This document shows positions 61,631 to 64,000 of a DNA stretch of 64,000 nt, one piece after another; within the stretch, counting starts at the first letter, position 1, and each line of letters opens with the position of its first letter. The notes under the pieces were generated by a model, which was given only the letters and a program-made list of their open reading frames with translations, was not told where the DNA came from and made no database searches. This DNA is from Podarcis pityusensis (taxonomy: Eukaryota): the NCBI GenBank assembly GCA_964106645.2, contig OZ067040.1, one strand, 5' to 3'. A program made the position numbers and the translations under genes.

Positions 61631-64000
61631 GTAGGAACTAGAAAAATTCTCCTTTGCTCCTTACCTGGGACCTTATTCTATGCAGCGCTTAACTCTGCAG
61701 CGAAACAAAGCAAGCTGCATTATATTTGTTAAATTAATATTCTCCTAACCATAAGTGGTGTTCCTTTGGGCTGCTTCTCTGCTAATATACTGTGCTCAAT
61801 TATTAACACAATCCAAGAGACTGGGCTCTTAATTTTCTCTAATTGTATATGCACATCCTTCTACAAAGGTTTTGGTTTCTATTCAGAAATACTGAAAGGG
61901 TTCAATCCTGTGAGCATTGCCGTATAAAATGGTTTTAACATAGGTTCTCAAAATGTTAACGCTAATTCTGAAATGCATGAACAATGGTTTTAGCTTCTTG
62001 GCAATAAAGTACGTAACATTTTAATTCATGTATTTCAGCAATAAGTGTATTCTCTCTGAATCCTTGTTGCTAACTGATCTTTGATCACCGACAATTAAAT
62101 TGCAAATTACTTATCAAGTTTGCAGTACATGCATAAGGTGGATTGAACCCTTCTGTTGTAAGAGCATAAGAAATAACCTTATTGCTTGGATATGGTTGTT
62201 CTGCTTTTTATTTTAGAGTATATCTGTTAAACTTATTGGTCATCTGTTTGAATGGAAATTAAATTACTTAGCAGACTTTCTCCCATTTATCATTATTTCT
62301 ATCTAATTGTTTACTTGCAGTGAGATTTTACTAATTATGTGTAACAATATATATTTCACAGTAACGACAGTGGCTTATCTCTCTTCTAAATTTGCATATT
62401 TACAGCATGTTGTCTAATGGTTATTTTCTTGATCATGTTTCTTTAATATCTTCAGTTTATCACAACGTTCGGTGTCAAAGGGAATTTTATAGATTTAGTT
62501 TTAATGTGTTGAAACAATCAACATATCTGTTAATCTGCAAGTTGTGTGCAAGTCACTACAAATTAAGTGCTTCTCTACCATTGTTACTCTTCCTGTGTCA
62601 ACCGGACTGGCTTCTAGGATACTGTGATGCCCAGTCTATGTGCTGCTTTCATTCAAATGTCAAAAGAGCAATGAGGTATCCAGCCACAAAGAAGTCACAG
62701 CCATGCTGCTCTAGTATGGTTGGGAAATAAAACCAGAAGCTTCTCAAATTAAGGAAGATTCTACTTGCTGTCTTTTGGCTTGACTTAGTAGCAGAGTAAA
62801 AAGGAAATGATGGGGAGATTCGCTCTCACAAAAACTGTCATCCACAAGCAGTTCTATGATTAAAGGAAGCACTTGTATAATGTGTAACTAACCAACTAGC
62901 CTGTGTGGCATGGTGCATAAGTGCCTGTAAAAAGAATCCTAGAAGATGCCACAAATTTATTGATGTGTGCTAGATATGCTAGTCAAAAGTATTAGGTTCA
63001 TTTTCAGAGACAAACTCTGGATGGAGATGGATGTTGCCATCATGCCCTAGTTCTCCAGCTGTATTACTTCATGATATGCATGACACACCTGTATGCAGCA
63101 CCAGTTACCTCCAGGTAAAAATCTGCTGCTTTGCCATTGTGTGCAGTCAAAAGAGAAAAAGAAATAACAAAGGAGAGAGAGAAACTGAAGGTTTTGCCTC
63201 ACAACTCCACCAGCACCCAGGGACACATGAGTGGTATTGGTTGGTCTGCTGCATTAAATGGCAGTCAAAGGTTGATTGATACTGGCAAGAAAAGATTACT
63301 TCCTTCATCTCTCCGCTTGAGATGCTAGCCTATCTCTTACCAGTCAAGGTGTATGTGCATACAGTATCCATATGGCACATGTGCCTTACCAAACATCCTA
63401 TCGCCGTGAGATAGTGGCAAAGCTAAATCCAAGGAAGAGCAACCTGTAGTTCAGACTCTGCTCTAATTGTGGCATGAAGGTTAGAACAATGTGAGCATTT
63501 TATCTGCAAAGTGACTAGTGAAAATGTCTGACTTGGTTACAGAAGATTCTACCTTCTGGATGAGTGAGGGAACAGAAGACCATTGACCTCTGGAATAAAT
63601 CCACCATAAGGCTCTGCATGGATGCAATAGGACAAAGAAAATCTTTGGCAAATTACCACTTTTGAAATTGGCCTCTGCTATGTCCAGTTGCAGTCAGTAG
63701 TAGTATTCTGCTGTTTGCTGAAGCAGCAGAAAGACTTCAAAGAGTGTAATCTTAGTTACTCTGTATACAAAGAGGAGGCATATTATCAAGAGGGCTCCTA
63801 GAGGTTAAGTCTGGCTCACGACAACTATTCATACCTTTTTTCATCAGCTTTCTCTTAAGATAAGACAGAATAGTAGTCTTGCAGACTTCTGTTGGACAAT
63901 CCAGGAAGTCTGCCATGCTCCTTCTACAGGTCTTCAGATTATCCAGGACTTGTGCAAGATTTACCCCTAGGCAGGTGATCTGTTCCTCCAGCCCTTGCAC

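Noticed and set aside
61631-64000. Search for the next STXBP5 exon (KMSRKLSLPTDLKPDL type)
   Set aside because: No matching sequence was found; it presumably lies beyond the window.

Overview
AT-rich vertebrate genomic DNA, almost certainly from a squamate and most likely a lacertid lizard (Sauria/Squam1 and Squam3 SINEs, BovB, L2, CR1, Penelope, hAT and Tc1/mariner MITEs). The whole window is the interior of one + strand gene, STXBP5 (tomosyn-1). I resolved 18 canonical coding exons (human exons 4-21 by recalled numbering; 1924 nt, all GT-AG, phases consistent), covering the WD40 propellers through the hypervariable region. The 5' and 3' ends of the gene lie outside the window. The most notable observation is an extra in-frame 84-nt exon at 55534-55617 that is missing from the classical b/m/s tomosyn-1 sequences as I recall them but resembles a segment of the paralogue STXBP5L (tomosyn-2). 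Other items worth checking: a Penelope-borne minimal hammerhead ribozyme, a TSD-flanked bipartite BovB-derived element, an inverted SINE pair bracketing a 444-nt frame-closed exon block (circRNA candidate) and a mid-intron recursive-splice-like site. Most ORFs in the supplied track are spurious or repeat-derived. All homology calls are from memory of the families, not from database searches.
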